A stretch of DNA of 64,000 bases from an uncultured archaeon (GCA_964458565.1 CAYWJO010000002.1:1-64000); one strand, 5' to 3'. Positions 1-10,128 are shown, counted from the stretch's first letter. Notes: generated from the letters alone by a model not told the origin. A program made the numbers and translations.

Positions 1-184
1 GACTATTGGTATTGGTATTTGGATACTAATTTCTTGCAATGATTGTTAATGTTTGATTTCCTTTCTGGGACTTCTTGTGGGGTTGGATCTAGAATTGATT
101 ATTCGTGATTCTCGTTAATATCGAGGTTTTAGAAATTATGTCGTATTATTTGCCATCTCTAAGAAATTGGCAATAACATGGATG

Positions 185-907
185 TCAGGTTTGTTCCTTT
201 CTAATGCTGACCCATGTCAGAATCAAGAGTACACCAATGAATCCAGCTATTCCAAGCCCAGTGACAATAATAAACAGGTCATCCGTCGAGTCTTTAGGAG
301 TGGTTGTTGTTAGAAGAGTTGAAGTTGTAGTTTCACTAACTGAGGTTGTTGGCGGAATTGTGGGGGTGGTTGAAACAGATGAAAGTATGGTGATCAGTGC
401 ATAATGAATATCAGGTCCTATAACAACTAACTTCCACAACCCAGCTTCTGGGTTTCTAAAATAATGACTGGTTGTATCTCTAGTCATTAAGTAATTCTCT
501 TCATTTATCACTAGGATCAACCACTCATCGCATCCAAACGAATTATTTTCTGAAATCAGAGTTAGTCCAACTGCTTCAATCTCTGAGTGAACGTCTAGAT
601 ACCATCTATCGGGTTGATATGTAGTGGCAACTCCATAAACCAAAGTATCGTTTGACAAGTATCCCCTTTCATTAAAAGTTGCATTACCAAAGTATGTTAA
701 ATAGGGAAAATAAGGCACATATGGTGGATGAGATGAACATGTTGTAGGAATAGTATATTCCAGTAATGAGCTGCCAAATAGAATAACATCTTTGGAACTT
801 GTTTCTTCTGGTTGAGCTTGTGCTGAAACTTGGAAATAATTGTTGTGTAAATAGAATGATGTAATAATAATGCAAATAACAAACATCAAACTTACTATCC
901 TTTTCAT
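185..907 (-). CDS. Secreted/surface protein with Thr-rich linker and C-terminal membrane anchor
   Basis: N-terminal signal-like MKRIVSLMFVICIII; TTPTIPPTTSVSETTTST linker; C-terminal hydrophobic helix followed by RK. Confidence 0.75.
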   Translation of the reverse strand: MKRIVSLMFVICIIITSFYLHNNYFQVSAQAQPEETSSKDVILFGSSLLEYTIPTTCSSHPPYVPYFPYLTYFGNATFNERGYLSNDTLVYGVATTYQPDRWYLDVHSEIEAVGLTLISENNSFGCDEWLILVINEENYLMTRDTTSHYFRNPEAGLWKLVVIGPDIHYALITILSSVSTTPTIPPTTSVSETTTSTLLTTTTPKDSTDDLFIIVTGLGIAGFIGVLLILTWVSIRKEQT

Positions 908-1051
908 TTTTCTCTACCCTCATATTCCAATATTCTTGTATTTAATAGGTCTATCTACAGAACAGGCATTGAATAAAGGTGTGGTCAGAGCACGCAGGAC
1001 ATAATGTGGTAGGAGGGGGGGAGTTTGTGTAATGAGGGCATGTTACGAAAA

Positions 1052-1132
1052 CTAGGCAATCACCATGTTTCTTCTACTACCGCCGCCTGGTCTAACTGGT
1101 ATTGTATCTCCAGTCATTGGTATCTCAGCCAT
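1052..1132 (-). CDS. Candidate 26-aa small protein MAEIPMTGDTIPVRPGGGSRRNMVIA
   Basis: ATG to TAG ORF in a 380-bp gap; GAGGA SD-like motif about 9 nt upstream; TATA-like ACCTTTATAC near 1241-1250 on the minus strand. Confidence 0.35.
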   Translation of the reverse strand: MAEIPMTGDTIPVRPGGGSRRNMVIA

Positions 1133-1287
1133 CTTTCCGCATCCTCATTATCTGCACAGAACATTACTGCCTTATCGATACTATGTAACTCAATCGTTTA
1201 ATTGAATAAATAAAGATACGTTATAGAAGAACAGAGAGGAGTATAAAGGTTGCCGCATCATTTTGATTAGCAAATTCCATTGTTTCA

Positions 1288-2355
1288 TCATTTTGTCCAA
1301 TAGAACCAAACATTAGATTCCTTCTTACCTTCTAATTTTCCACTCTTGACTCTTCGCTGCAGAGTTGTATAGATCATCTCTTCTCGTCCTCCTGCCCTTG
1401 AGTCGGTGTGAACTAACACCTTCATCACATCTTCTCTTGTTCTCTTATGAGGAAGTTTGAAGTAATTAGCTTCGATTAATTCATTAACTGATTTAGATGC
1501 AGACCATGGTTCTGGAACTTTTTTTTCCTCAATCTTAGCTTGTCTTATAGCAGCTTTTACACGGTCTCGAGCAAAATTAAAATCAGCTCCGAGAATTTCA
1601 ATGGAATCAAGATTTCCCTCTCCCAATCCCTTCTCAACAAAGGCTTGTATCGTCTCAATCTTATTTGATTTGTGACCCGATAACGCATATCCTACAGTTT
1701 CAACAGCTACTGCATCACGTCCGACGATCAGGAGGTCTGTAGGTATGTGGACTCCTGAGAATTTGTGATGATATGAGCTCCCATCAAGAACTGCTAAATC
1801 TATCCCACCTATGGCCTCATACAATGTAGTCAAAAGATTATAGAAAATTTCATTCTTATGATACTGAGCTTTTTTCACCTCTGGGGGCAGACCAAAGAGA
1901 TTCTTCAATACGCTACCTTTTGTATAGCTTCTGAGTACATGAGTACTCACAAAGACATTCGGTTTGAAGAGAATGTGGGACAAATCAATGACGACTTCTC
2001 GAATCGGATTGTCAATTGTCACCGGTCGTGTGTTCACATCTGTTGAGAGATTAAAAGGCATAACACGCGTATCGAACACATCTTTCCAAAGTTGCAAGCG
2101 CTCATCACCGGTTCCCCTGTAGTTATCAGATTCTACAAGATATACCTTTGATGTTCTATCGAAAATATCAACAATCTGCTTTGTGACATCAACGGATGTA
2201 TATTGTGGGAATCCGTGGTGAAATACTCCCATCTTAATTACAGCTTGTCGTTTAGCTTTGTTGAGGTCCTTTAGTCCGCCAAGCAGTTTCACTGCTTCAT
2301 TCATAGAGTCCTGACCGTGTTTCTTCATATCGATCAGTGCGACAGTTGCAGGCAT
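1288..2355 (-). CDS. DUF362 domain protein with C-terminal winged-helix-like domain
   Basis: LKNLFG, LAVLDG and GRDAVAVE...GLGEGNLDSIEILG motifs typical of DUF362; C-terminal TLQRRVKSGKLEGKKESNVWFYW resembles a wHTH wing. Confidence 0.7.
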   Translation of the reverse strand: MPATVALIDMKKHGQDSMNEAVKLLGGLKDLNKAKRQAVIKMGVFHHGFPQYTSVDVTKQIVDIFDRTSKVYLVESDNYRGTGDERLQLWKDVFDTRVMPFNLSTDVNTRPVTIDNPIREVVIDLSHILFKPNVFVSTHVLRSYTKGSVLKNLFGLPPEVKKAQYHKNEIFYNLLTTLYEAIGGIDLAVLDGSSYHHKFSGVHIPTDLLIVGRDAVAVETVGYALSGHKSNKIETIQAFVEKGLGEGNLDSIEILGADFNFARDRVKAAIRQAKIEEKKVPEPWSASKSVNELIEANYFKLPHKRTREDVMKVLVHTDSRAGGREEMIYTTLQRRVKSGKLEGKKESNVWFYWTK

Positions 2356-2504
2356 GTTGATTCAATCCTAATTCTGTAACACGAATGGATGGTCTTCTGG
2401 TCTATATTCTTGTCACTCGGTTATTGCGAGTGAATCCTTGGAGAAGGATACCTTCATTATTGCGTTAATATTAGCACCTTTTTCAGAGAAATATATCCGA
2501 GGAG

Positions 2505-3245
2505 ATGGGTTATGGAATGAAAAAACCGGTATATCGAAGTCCAGTTTACACCTACTTGCAATTCATTAACCAGTATGAAAGATACTCTAAGACGGATGCA
2601 AACCTAGGAAGGAAGATACTGGATTGTGGGGCAGGAGGTCAGACTCCCCCTTTGGGTCTGTTTTGTGAACATGGATATGATACATGGGGGATTGATATCT
2701 CAGATGAACAACTAAACGCAGCTAGTAAATTCTTCACTGAACATAACATGAAGGTAAATCTCTCAAAGGGCGATATGCGTGAAATTCCATTTGATGATGA
2801 AACATTTGACTTTGTCTATGAATTCTACGCGATGGTTCATCTTTCAAAAAGTGACCATCAGAAATCCATTGAAGAAATGAGAAGAGTGGCAAAACCAGGA
2901 GCTCTATTGTTCCTTGGATTTGCATTGCATGATACCTGGCCTATTGAGGGTGAGGAGCGAGAAACGAACGAGTTCTGGTTATTTGAACATGGGGACGAAG
3001 AGGTTGTTCATTCTTTCTTTGAAGAAGACGAAGCAGAAGGATATCTAACAGACTTTGAAATTCTCTATAAAGATAAACGGACAATGTACCATCGTTTCTG
3101 GTATGCTCAGACATCCCTTAAGGAGTGGATGGAACAGTATGCAGATAACTGGACAAACTACACCAAAGTAGAGTGGGAACGGATGTATGATGAACGCCTC
3201 TCCAAACAAAGATACACCCATGTCTTTTACGTATTGAAGAAATGA
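2505..3245 (+). CDS. Class I SAM-dependent methyltransferase
   Basis: ILDCGAG, GIDIS, GDMREIPFDDETFD and RVAKPGA motifs. Confidence 0.9.
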   Translation: MGYGMKKPVYRSPVYTYLQFINQYERYSKTDANLGRKILDCGAGGQTPPLGLFCEHGYDTWGIDISDEQLNAASKFFTEHNMKVNLSKGDMREIPFDDETFDFVYEFYAMVHLSKSDHQKSIEEMRRVAKPGALLFLGFALHDTWPIEGEERETNEFWLFEHGDEEVVHSFFEEDEAEGYLTDFEILYKDKRTMYHRFWYAQTSLKEWMEQYADNWTNYTKVEWERMYDERLSKQRYTHVFYVLKK

Positions 3246-3404
3246 TTCTTGAGTAGCAGTGATCAACACCGATGTCAAAGTATTCAATCAGTTTTAAGTC
3301 TGGACCTCACTTTCTACTCTCGACAGTTTCTTAATATGCCTGAATCCAGATTGTCTTCTAACTAGTCATACCTCTCCCTTTTCGTGATGTTAGATAATTG
3401 ATGG

Positions 3405-4232
3405 CTATATAGAAATATGACGAGACCACGACTTCTTCTTTCCCCTCTGCGCGTCCATTTCCGCAAGTATCTTGACTGCCTCATTTCCACAGTCAATTGC
3501 ATCCTGTTCCCCGCGAACTGCAAACTCATCTCTGACTCTGTTTGCATATACCGCACATACTGCACCAGATCGGAATCCGTAGATGTTCGCAAGTGTGAAT
3601 ACCGTAGCTGCTTCCATCTCAAAATTAGCTACATTCGCACGCTGCAGCTCTGTGATCAGACTCTTACTCCCTTCCGTTTCATACCCTCCAAATCCAGGTC
3701 TCGATTGACCAAGATAGAAGCTATCAGTCGATGCTGAGATTCCAAGATGGTAATTCGCTCCTAAAGATTCTGCAGCCTCTATTAAGGCAAGTATCACTTC
3801 ATGTGACGCAAGAGCAGGATATTCAATCCGAACATACTGCTTACTCGTTCCCTCAAGACGAACTGCACCTGTTGATATTATTAAATCACCAATCTCGATT
3901 TCTTCTTTCAAAGCCGCACAAGATCCCACACGAATGAAATTCTCTGCTCCTACATTAGCTAGCTCCTCGATTGCAATAGCTGTACCTGGTCCTCCAATCC
4001 CTGTGGAACAGGCTGAAATGGGTACTCCCTTGTAGGTCCCTGTGTGTGTCACGTACTGTCTGTGTGAACCGACTTCTTCAAATGAATCCCATTTCGAACT
4101 TATCTTTTCAACGCGACCGGGGTCTCCAGGTATAATAACTGTAGATGCGACCTTTCCTCTCTCAACCTCAATATGATACTGCTTCCTGTCAGGTGTTTCT
4201 GGTCTTGCAGCAGAAACAATGTCTTTAGTCAT
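3405..4232 (-). CDS. udp: Uridine/nucleoside phosphorylase
   Basis: PGDPGRV, STGIGGP, IRVGSC, DSFYLGQ and NFEMEAA motifs. Confidence 0.9.
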   Translation of the reverse strand: MTKDIVSAARPETPDRKQYHIEVERGKVASTVIIPGDPGRVEKISSKWDSFEEVGSHRQYVTHTGTYKGVPISACSTGIGGPGTAIAIEELANVGAENFIRVGSCAALKEEIEIGDLIISTGAVRLEGTSKQYVRIEYPALASHEVILALIEAAESLGANYHLGISASTDSFYLGQSRPGFGGYETEGSKSLITELQRANVANFEMEAATVFTLANIYGFRSGAVCAVYANRVRDEFAVRGEQDAIDCGNEAVKILAEMDAQRGKKKSWSRHISI

Positions 4233-4445
4233 AGGCTATCACCTCTTATTCTATTACACACCCTCCCTTTTTCACTTTCGTACGAGGACAATTATGTTTG
4301 GATAATCTTCTTATAACACAACTATTATATGATGGTAAAATAGTTGCAAGGCCGAAACCTCGTTAGATTTTCACTTCCACAAAAATCAAAAGGGGTTTGT
4401 TAGAGTGCTGCAGCGCTCAATGATCCTATAGAGGAGCGAGTTAGA

Positions 4446-5594
4446 ATGGTTGAAACTACCATCAGCGTAATCAAGGCCGATATCGGTTCACTTGCAGGTC
4501 ACGTAATAGTGCCTGATTTTATTATGGAATTTGCCCGTAAGAAGATGAAAGAGGGTGTTGAGAAGAAGATCATAAACGACTTTTATGTCACACATGCAGG
4601 AGATGATCTTGAACTCATCATGACTCACTTTAAGGGCGAGAATAACGAGGAAGTTCACAAATTAGCATTTGACACCTTCATGGAAGGTACAAAGATTGCC
4701 CGTGAGAAGAAAATCTATGCCGCGGGGCAGGACATTTTATCCGACACCTTCAGTGGAAATGTGAAAGGAATGGGTCCTGGTTCTGCAGAAATGACTTTTG
4801 AAGAACGTAAATCTGAGCCTATTGTAGTCTTTATGGCGGACAAGACTGAGCCTGGAGCTTACAATCTACCAATGTTTAGAATATACGCAGATCCGTTTTG
4901 CACCGCAGGTCTTGTAATCGATCCCAATCTTCATGATGGATTTATCTTTGTCATTCAGGACATCCTAAAAGAGATACCTTGCTATCTAGAGATGAGTTGT
5001 CCTGAAGAGATGTATGACCTTCTTGCCTTAATTGGAAGCACAGGTCGTTATGTGATAAAGAAAGTCTACCGAAAGGATGGTATGATTACAGGAGTGGTCA
5101 GTACAGACAAGCTACATAAAATCGCAGGGAAATACATTGGAAAAGATGACCCTGTAGCGATTGTCAGGGCACACTCTGGTCTTCCTGCAATGGGAGAAGT
5201 TCTTGAAGCTTTCACAATACCTCATATGGTTTCTGGATGGATGCGTGGTTCTCATGCAGGTCCTCTGTTACCTGTTGCCCTAAAGGACTCTAAATGCACT
5301 AGATTTGATGGCCCTCCAAGAGTAATTGCTCTTGGATTCCAGGTTTCCAACGGAATGCTCGTTGGTCCAGTTGACTTGTTTGATGATGTGGCATTTGACA
5401 TTACCAGACAGAAGGGTCTAGAGGCTATGGAGTACATGCGTCGTCATGGACCTTTCATGCCACACCGACTTCATACAGAGGACATGGAATACACAACTTT
5501 GCCTTTGGTCTTGGAAAAATGTGCAAATCGATTTATTGAAGGCGAAATCGATATCGCGAAGAAAATTAAAGACACCTCAGAGTCTGCTGAGTAG
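4446..5594 (+). CDS. fbp: Bifunctional fructose-1,6-bisphosphate aldolase/phosphatase (class V FBPase)
   Basis: SVIKADIGS, GDDLELIMTH, YIGKDDPV, GWMRGSH and RFDGPPRV signatures. Confidence 0.97.
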   Translation: MVETTISVIKADIGSLAGHVIVPDFIMEFARKKMKEGVEKKIINDFYVTHAGDDLELIMTHFKGENNEEVHKLAFDTFMEGTKIAREKKIYAAGQDILSDTFSGNVKGMGPGSAEMTFEERKSEPIVVFMADKTEPGAYNLPMFRIYADPFCTAGLVIDPNLHDGFIFVIQDILKEIPCYLEMSCPEEMYDLLALIGSTGRYVIKKVYRKDGMITGVVSTDKLHKIAGKYIGKDDPVAIVRAHSGLPAMGEVLEAFTIPHMVSGWMRGSHAGPLLPVALKDSKCTRFDGPPRVIALGFQVSNGMLVGPVDLFDDVAFDITRQKGLEAMEYMRRHGPFMPHRLHTEDMEYTTLPLVLEKCANRFIEGEIDIAKKIKDTSESAE

Positions 5595-5600
5595 TATTGA

Positions 5601-5623
5601 TGGTGGGGTAAAACTCCCCACCA
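5601..5623. terminator. Hairpin between convergent fbp and parvulin genes
   Basis: TGGTGGGG-TAAAACT-CCCCACCA perfect 8-bp stem starting 7 nt after the fbp stop. Confidence 0.55.
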
Positions 5624-5665
5624 CTAATTTCTTTATGATATGTAAAGAGATGGCTTCTAACCATC

Positions 5666-5974
5666 CTATCCGGTTCTCTGTATGATGTGATAACCAAATT
5701 GGGTTTTAACGGGTTCACGAGTGATTTGACCGACACTTAGTCCCATTACGGCTCTCTCAAATTCAGGGACCATTGCACCTCTGGTAAACCAACCGAGGTC
5801 TCCACCTTTTTTCTTTGAAGGGCAGGTGCTGTAAGATTGAGCAATTTTCTTGAAATCTTCCCCATCTACCGTGATTTTTCTGATTAGCTCGACAGCTTGA
5901 CTGTGTTTATCAACTAAAATATGACTTGCACGCATTTTTCCGCCTTTTCCTTTTTTGGACAATTTCATCACCAA
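5666..5974 (-). CDS. ppiC: Parvulin-type peptidyl-prolyl cis-trans isomerase
   Basis: RASHILV, CPSKKKGGDLGWF, MVPEFE and TQFGYHII motifs. Confidence 0.93.
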   Translation of the reverse strand: MVMKLSKKGKGGKMRASHILVDKHSQAVELIRKITVDGEDFKKIAQSYSTCPSKKKGGDLGWFTRGAMVPEFERAVMGLSVGQITREPVKTQFGYHIIQRTG

Positions 5975-6090
5975 GAATTGTTTGGTATCAATCCTTAAAG
6001 TGTCTTAAACCTAACCAAATAGGAACATAAATCAATATCATAAGCCTAATAAACATTCAACTTTCTTTAGAACCATATTGAAGGAGTAAG

Positions 6091-6531
6091 ATGAATATCA
6101 CTAGAAGACGAAAGGTTGGTTTCTTGCTAATTCTCACCATTATTGGTTTCATGATTGTTGATTCTCGATTTCTATTCTGTGGTCTTTCACCAACTACAGG
6201 TGGTGTCTGGTTTACGAGTTGGATATATAATGCGAAAGAAGGAAATGAAACATATACCATTCAATTTCTTGGAGTGAATTTTACTTTCTTGTATCTGACA
6301 TACCCTAGCGATGAAATAGCAGATGCGCCTTTCACTATCTATGTGAATGTGAGCTTCCAAGATGGGATTTCAGAAATATTGAATATTCCCGTTGGTGGCT
6401 ATACACCTGTCTATCTGATTTCAATTCCATATGGGGCACGAACAGCTCACTCCTTTCCAGCAGCAGCGGTATTGACTTCAGACGCTCTAGGTTATTGGGG
6501 CTGGCAATATGCAGTTTCATTCATCAGTTAG
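6091..6531 (+). CDS. Hypothetical protein with N-terminal signal/anchor
   Basis: RRRK followed by a hydrophobic helix; AAGGAG SD motif. Confidence 0.6.
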   Translation: MNITRRRKVGFLLILTIIGFMIVDSRFLFCGLSPTTGGVWFTSWIYNAKEGNETYTIQFLGVNFTFLYLTYPSDEIADAPFTIYVNVSFQDGISEILNIPVGGYTPVYLISIPYGARTAHSFPAAAVLTSDALGYWGWQYAVSFIS

Positions 6532-6535
6532 TACT

Positions 6536-6580
6536 TCTGATATCTGATGTAGTAATATCCTGATACACATCAGAATCAGA
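6536..6580. repeat. Imperfect inverted repeat upstream of the RHH gene
   Basis: TCTGATATCTGATGT-N16-ACATCAGAATCAGA. Confidence 0.5.
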
Positions 6581-6624
6581 CACCCTTTCTTTACCCAATT
6601 TGTACTCACAATTGTTGGTTGAAA

Positions 6625-6849
6625 ATGAAGGTTGTAACAATTTGCATGCCTGAATCTTATGTTGATGGAGTAGATGAGCTAATTCAGCAAGGCATGTATC
6701 CAAATAGATCCGAAGTCATTAGAATCGCAATTCGCGATCTATTAGTTGAGGAACTCTGGGGCCAAAATAAACACTCTGAAGGGATTCCTCTTATTGCTCA
6801 ACTTGAAAAGGCGCAGGCTCTAGCACGCATTGTTCCCAAGACCGAATAG
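6625..6849 (+). CDS. Ribbon-helix-helix (CopG/MetJ) regulator, CdrS/aCcr1-like
   Basis: MKVVTICMPESYVDGVDELIQQGMYPNRSEVIRIAIRDLL pattern; alternative TTG start at 6619. Confidence 0.85.
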   Translation: MKVVTICMPESYVDGVDELIQQGMYPNRSEVIRIAIRDLLVEELWGQNKHSEGIPLIAQLEKAQALARIVPKTE

Positions 6850-6956
6850 ACAAACAAGCTATCTTTTTCTATCAATAATAGCACATCTTAACAATATGCA
6901 CAAGTCTGTCTAAGCAAAGCGTGATATTTCAATACCGACATTGAGGTGTTAAAACA

Positions 6957-7565
6957 ATGGTACTACGAAGATTATTAGGAAAAAAGAAAGATGACGAAGA
7001 AGACAAAGATGACTCTACAGAAGTAGCTAAAGAAACTGAGGTTGTTTCAGAAGCGGAAGAAACTGAAGATATAGCTGAAGTTGAAACCGAAATTGCTGGA
7101 GAACCAGCTGAGGTGATTGAGGAACCTGTAGAAGTGATTGAAGAACCTGACACAATTGTTAGTGGAACAATTCCTTATCATGATACACTGCAAGATCGAT
7201 TGATGTATCTACTCAAGGAAACTGCAATTTCTAGTACCATTGAGGGGCCAGATTCATTCTGCTTGGAATTCATGGCTATGGGTGAACGGTTTGTAATAGA
7301 GAAACCATCAATGGGTAATATTGAGATGAAGTCCGGCTCCGCAAAGGGCAACGACGCTCATATTCGTATATCTAATGATACTGTGTCCGATCTATTATCC
7401 GCATCAACCTATAATGAATTCAAGTCAATTTTCATGAATTTCTATAAGAATCCCGAAGCGGGTAAATTTGTTAAGATTGAGATGTATGAAGATGTGAGCA
7501 ACCTTAATAGGCGCGGCTATGCGCGAGTTCCCCTGCTGAAGCTGCTTATTGGCGCAGCTCGGTAG
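6957..7565 (+). CDS. Hypothetical protein: acidic disordered N-terminus and possible SCP2-like domain
   Basis: Glu-rich residues about 12-65; C-terminal GNIEMKSGSAKGNDAHIRISNDTVSDLLS resembles the SCP2 pattern; GAGGTG SD. Confidence 0.6.
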   Translation: MVLRRLLGKKKDDEEDKDDSTEVAKETEVVSEAEETEDIAEVETEIAGEPAEVIEEPVEVIEEPDTIVSGTIPYHDTLQDRLMYLLKETAISSTIEGPDSFCLEFMAMGERFVIEKPSMGNIEMKSGSAKGNDAHIRISNDTVSDLLSASTYNEFKSIFMNFYKNPEAGKFVKIEMYEDVSNLNRRGYARVPLLKLLIGAAR

Positions 7566-7577
7566 GATTGTATATGT

Positions 7578-8258
7578 ATGGTCAAGATTGAGCTACCAAT
7601 CATCGCTATCAATTTCAAGACTTACACTCAGGCGACTGGGGAAAGAGCTGTCACGCTTGCTAAGAAATGCGAACAGGTTGCTATCGAAAATGGTGTGACC
7701 ATTATAGTTGCGCCTCAAATAGCAGATATATATCGTGTTAGCAGTTCCGTTGACATTCCTGTATTTTCACAGCACCTTGATGCAGGTGAGCCTGGTAGAT
7801 TTACTGGGCACTCACTAGGTGAAACTCTGCTGGAAGCAGGATGTTCAGGTTCATTGCTAAATCATTCTGAGAACAGGATGCAACTTGCTGACATTGAGGC
7901 ATCGGTTAGAAAAGCCGAGCATCTTGGTCTTTACACAATTGTCTGTACAAATAACCCACTTGTGAGTGTAGCTGCTGCTGCAGTCAATCCCTCAGCTGTC
8001 GCTGTAGAGCCTCCAGAACTTATTGGTTCGGGAATCTCAGTTTCACAGGCTCAACCTGAAATTATCTCAGGAACTGTAGAACAGATACGTGCAGTGAATA
8101 AAGACGTCGTAATTCTATGTGGGGCAGGCATCAGTAACGGTGATGATGTGAAGTCTGCTTTGAAACTTGGTTCGCAGGGAGTACTTCTTGCATCTGCTGT
8201 AGCAAAGAGCGACAAACCAGAAGATGTCTTGAATGACTTGATTGCACCTATCAAGTAA
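7578..8258 (+). CDS. tpiA: Triosephosphate isomerase, archaeal type
   Basis: INFKTY, LLNHSE, AVEPPELIG, LCGAGI and GVLLAS motifs. Confidence 0.97.
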   Translation: MVKIELPIIAINFKTYTQATGERAVTLAKKCEQVAIENGVTIIVAPQIADIYRVSSSVDIPVFSQHLDAGEPGRFTGHSLGETLLEAGCSGSLLNHSENRMQLADIEASVRKAEHLGLYTIVCTNNPLVSVAAAAVNPSAVAVEPPELIGSGISVSQAQPEIISGTVEQIRAVNKDVVILCGAGISNGDDVKSALKLGSQGVLLASAVAKSDKPEDVLNDLIAPIK

Positions 8259-8291
8259 TTGATAATTCAGTTATCTACGTTCAAGAAGTGA

Positions 8292-9188
8292 GTGAAAAAC
8301 TTGAAAGTGGACTTGCTATGTGCCCATTGCTTGCTTGAACGAGCCATCAAGCAGGTGCAGCTTGCTACTGATGACCCTACTCTTCAATTCGATGTCATCA
8401 CTGAAATGCTCACTATGCTAGCAGAGAATCTAGATGAGAACTCAGTACCAAGTCATATTGGCACTCAGAGAGACCTCCTTGTTCAGAAGATGACTGGAAA
8501 GGATCCGTATGAATCACTGAAACGAGACTCCAATGTTATGGCATTAAAGATTTTCCCGGAACTAAAACAATTAGTGAGTGAAGCTAATACGCCGGAGCTA
8601 CGATTCCGCCAAGCTAGTCTTATTGCTGCAGCAGCAAATGCGATAGAGTTTGATGTATCTGGTCGCGATTTTAGTCTTGATGAGCTGAGAGAAATACTTG
8701 ACTCTGTCGAGGCGGACCTTGCTATTGACGAGGTTGATGAATTTAGAACATTGTGTCAAGATGTCGATGAAGTGCTCTATCTTATGGATAATGCTGGAGA
8801 GGTTGTTTTGGATATGATTCTCATTTCTGAGATAAAGCGATTAGGACCCAAAGTAATCGCAGTTGTTAAGGGTGGTCCCGTTCTCAATGATGCAACAATG
8901 ATAGACGCTCATGAAGTGGGTTTAGATGAATGCGCAGATGTAGTGATTGAGACGGGCGCGGCAGCTATAGGTGTGAACATAGAACGCGCCTCTGAAGAGT
9001 TCAAGACCCTTCTGTACAATGCTCCACTAATCGTCGCAAAAGGGATGGGAAATTACGAATCCATGACGGAGTTTAAACTGCCTAATCCTGTTGTACACAT
9101 TCTGAGAACAAAATGTCTTCCAGTATCCAGACATATTGGAGTTCCTAGGGACAAGAATGTAGTAATAATAAGACGAGGTACAAAATAA
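8292..9188 (+). CDS. DUF89/ARMT1-like metal-dependent phosphatase
   Basis: CAHC, DPYESLK, DNAGE, LNDAT, AKGMGNYE and KC motifs. Confidence 0.92.
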   Translation: MKNLKVDLLCAHCLLERAIKQVQLATDDPTLQFDVITEMLTMLAENLDENSVPSHIGTQRDLLVQKMTGKDPYESLKRDSNVMALKIFPELKQLVSEANTPELRFRQASLIAAAANAIEFDVSGRDFSLDELREILDSVEADLAIDEVDEFRTLCQDVDEVLYLMDNAGEVVLDMILISEIKRLGPKVIAVVKGGPVLNDATMIDAHEVGLDECADVVIETGAAAIGVNIERASEEFKTLLYNAPLIVAKGMGNYESMTEFKLPNPVVHILRTKCLPVSRHIGVPRDKNVVIIRRGTK

Positions 9189-9191
9189 ATC

Positions 9192-10019
9192 TCATTTATG
9201 GGTTATATTCTTGCTGAATGGTTTGCATTCAACAAACTCCACTCGAATGTCTGGAAATTCAAGACTCATCTGATGCTTAAGTCGTTTCATTCCCGGATTT
9301 TCTGTAACGAATGCACCAAGTTCCAGAAGATTTATTGAATTTTGATTAGCAATCATTCGGATATCTGGAGTAACTTCTCCAGTAACTATGGTTTCGACAT
9401 CCTGCTTCTTTACAGCCATTAGGTCCTCCTCGATTAGGAAACTACCAGGTATAATCAACACATTTCGAACATCATCATCTAACTCCCCTGTGAAAAGCAC
9501 ATCAGGGATGTCCATCTTCTCAGCAATATGGTTGATAAATCGAGAATGATTCATTCTTTGTGGGAGCTGGCAAATACGACCAATGGGAACACGGTCTTTT
9601 AGTTCACCAGTTATCATAAGATCTCCTGTTCGCTTCAAGTCAAGAGATTCTACCAACGCATCAGCCAAGCCATCTCTTGCAGCTACCCACGAACTGCGTA
9701 GAATGTATACAGAGATGTAATTCTTCACAAGAAGGCGTAGCTTGATTAAATTCATGCCTGAAATTTGAGTTATCCCCTTCCCAAAGAGTGGCCAATGTGA
9801 TATGAGTAAATTTGCTTTATCTTGAGTTGCAGTTGTAATAGCTTTGGATGTTGGGTACGTGCAAATTATTATCCTGCTGACAGCAGAATTGATTTGTTCA
9901 AACTCTGTTTGCCCTCCAATTTCAACATAGTTATCCAAACCACGTATAGAGAAGTGTCTTGGTGCTATTTTATCAAGGTATTTGATGATTGCATGAAGAT
10001 TTATTGTCATCTTGCCCAC
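9192..10019 (-). CDS. Nif3-like (YbgI) family protein, divergent metal ligands
   Basis: LDNYVEIG, LLISHWPLF, IVTGEV and LGAFVTENPG correspond to the Nif3 motifs, with several His residues substituted. Confidence 0.75.
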   Translation of the reverse strand: MGKMTINLHAIIKYLDKIAPRHFSIRGLDNYVEIGGQTEFEQINSAVSRIIICTYPTSKAITTATQDKANLLISHWPLFGKGITQISGMNLIKLRLLVKNYISVYILRSSWVAARDGLADALVESLDLKRTGDLMITGELKDRVPIGRICQLPQRMNHSRFINHIAEKMDIPDVLFTGELDDDVRNVLIIPGSFLIEEDLMAVKKQDVETIVTGEVTPDIRMIANQNSINLLELGAFVTENPGMKRLKHQMSLEFPDIRVEFVECKPFSKNITHK

Positions 10020-10128
10020 TCTTTGTAGTGTTGACAGTCAAACGCTCAAGAGGTTTACCTGAAGTGTACATTATCAGGGCATGGCTGGACTTATTCTTTG
10101 TCGTTGTAAATTCAAACAGAGAATAGCA

